Source of the DNA: Chiloscyllium plagiosum
Lineage: Eukaryota
Assembly (NCBI RefSeq): GCF_004010195.1
Contig: NC_057755.1
Location: 5,687,474-5,751,473, forward strand
Direction of reading: 5' to 3'
Length of the DNA stretch: 64,000 bases
Positions 62,156-64,000 of the stretch are shown in pieces (the stretch's first letter is position 1; the number at the start of each line of letters is the position of its first letter). A model generated the notes under the pieces. It made no database searches. It was given only the letters and a program-made list of their open reading frames with translations, and had not been told where the DNA came from. The position numbers and the translations under genes are program-made.

Positions 62156-62899
62156 TACTGCGCTGATCAACTCGTAGAGCCACTGACTGACACCTTGGTG
62201 AGATTGTATTTCTGATATTGTATTGCTGATTGTAAAGCTGCCACCGGCTGCTGTGAATAATCGGTTCAATTAATAAAGCCACTTAATTCACAGAATCACA
62301 AAATTGTTACAAATTTTAATGAGGTAATTCGGCCCACTTTGCTTAATAATGCAAATAACAATAGAACATTATGAGAGCAGTCTTCAAACTCCCACAATGA
62401 TAGCCTACGAGGGAAATATAAGCAACAGCGAAGATGACAATGTAACTGAATTGACAGGAAAGGAAATGATTGCGTTTTCCATGTTTTTATACTGTACTTA
62501 TTTACTTCATTTCAAAAATGTACTTCATCAATAAAAAAATCTTTATATGCACGCATAATCACTAAATACGTTTAGCTCTGTACAGTAGCAAATGAAAACT
62601 GGGCAAACATTGAAGGTGGACTCAATCCAACTAAACAAACCAAAGGTATTCCTTACTTGTGCAAGATGACATTTGCATTTTTTGTATATTCCACGTTAAC
62701 TGCATTTTCTAATTAGTTTTAGTGAAATATTCTTGGTTGTTCAATGGTCTTGGACTTTCATGCATTTCTATCTTGCAACGGTTGACGAAGATGATAGGAA
62801 TTATAACAGCTTTTAAAATTTCCATTCTCATGAAGTGACTTCAACATTTCTTCCAAGCCCAGATATGGGTCAAAGAAGGTATATCTTTAACTGATTCAA

Positions 62900-64000
62900 A
62901 GAAAAGAACACAGAAAAGTTACAGCCCAGGAAAAGGCCTTTCAGCCCTTCAAGCCTGAGCCGATCCAAATGTACTGTCTTAACCTGTCAGTCAATTCCTA
63001 AGCATTTGTAAACCTCTGCACCCATCTACTCATGTATCTGTCCAGCGGCATCTTAAATGAATCTACCGTGCCTGCCATTACCACCTTTGCTGGCAATGCA
63101 TTCCAAACGCCCACCACCCTCTGTGTGAAGTACTTGCGTCGTGTATCCCCCTTAATCTTTCCACCTCTCATCTTGAAAGCATGACCTCTCGTTATTGAAT
63201 CCTTCTCCTTGGGCAAAAGCTTGTCTCTGTCCACCCTGTCTATGCCCTTCATGATTTTATAAACCTCAATCACGTCTCCCCCCCAATCTACTTTTTTCTA
63301 GTGAAAATAAACCTAACCTACTCAATTTCTCTTCATAGCTAGCACCTTCCATACCAGGCAACATCCTCGTAAACCTTCTCTGCGCTCTCTCCAAAGCGTC
63401 CACATCCTTTTGGTAATGTGACGACCAGAAATGAATACAAAATTCTAAATTGCCGCCGAACCAATGTCTTGTGCAATCTTAACATGACTTGCCAGCTCTT
63501 ATACTCAATACCCCGTCCAATGAAGGCAAGCGATATGCCTTCTTGACCACTCTATCCATCTGTGCGGCAACCTTCAGGATACAATGGACCTGCACTCCCA
63601 GATGTTTCTACCCATCAACTTTTCCCAAGGCTCTTCCGTTCATTGTACAATTCGCGCTAGAATTAGACTTGCCTAAATGCATCACCTCACACTTGTGTTG
63701 ATTGAAAGCCATCTGCAACTTTTCCGCCCAACTCTCAAGTCTATCTATATCCTCCTGTATTCTCTGACAGTCCCTTATGTTTTCTGCTACTCCACCAATC
63801 TTTGTGTCACCTGCAAAACTTGCTGATAATACGAACAGTGCCCTCTTCTAGATCATTTATATATATTGCAAATAACAGTGGCCCCAATGCTGAACCCTGT
63901 GGAACATCACTGGTCACCTTTCTCCATATCTAGAAACTCCCTTCAACTACTACTCTCTGTCTCCTGTTGCTCAACCAGTTCTTTATCCACCTAGCCAGAA
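62900..64000 (-). mobile_element. CR1 LINE 3' half, runs off the right edge
   Basis: [21 protein letters not shown] and IEVYKIMKGIDRV..FTQRVVGVWNALP. Confidence 0.93.

Overview
Eukaryotic, repeat-rich vertebrate DNA, most likely from a cartilaginous fish (shark). This is inferred from CR1 LINEs, tRNA-derived SINEs with CR1-type tails, and Penelope-like fragments. The protein-coding content is a small cluster of GPR139/GPR142-like rhodopsin-class GPCR genes. One gene is intact with two exons on the minus strand (exon 1 14581-14515, exon 2 9243-8363, 315 aa after splicing). A divergently oriented two-exon pseudogene has three in-frame stops (31790-34140). There is also a frameshifted TM6-TM7 fragment (55463-55760) and two much more decayed candidate relics (~58.7-59.55 kb and ~61.2-62.15 kb). 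The rest is five unrelated tandem arrays (54, ~70, ~70, 33 and 38 bp units), many CR1/L2-like LINE fragments, SINEs, a solo LTR with a 5-bp TSD, a 277-N gap, and at least eight Penelope-like termini carrying minimal hammerhead-ribozyme motifs, one with an intact catalytic core. No prokaryotic-type system (CRISPR, operon) is present. Repeat boundaries are approximate and were read by eye.
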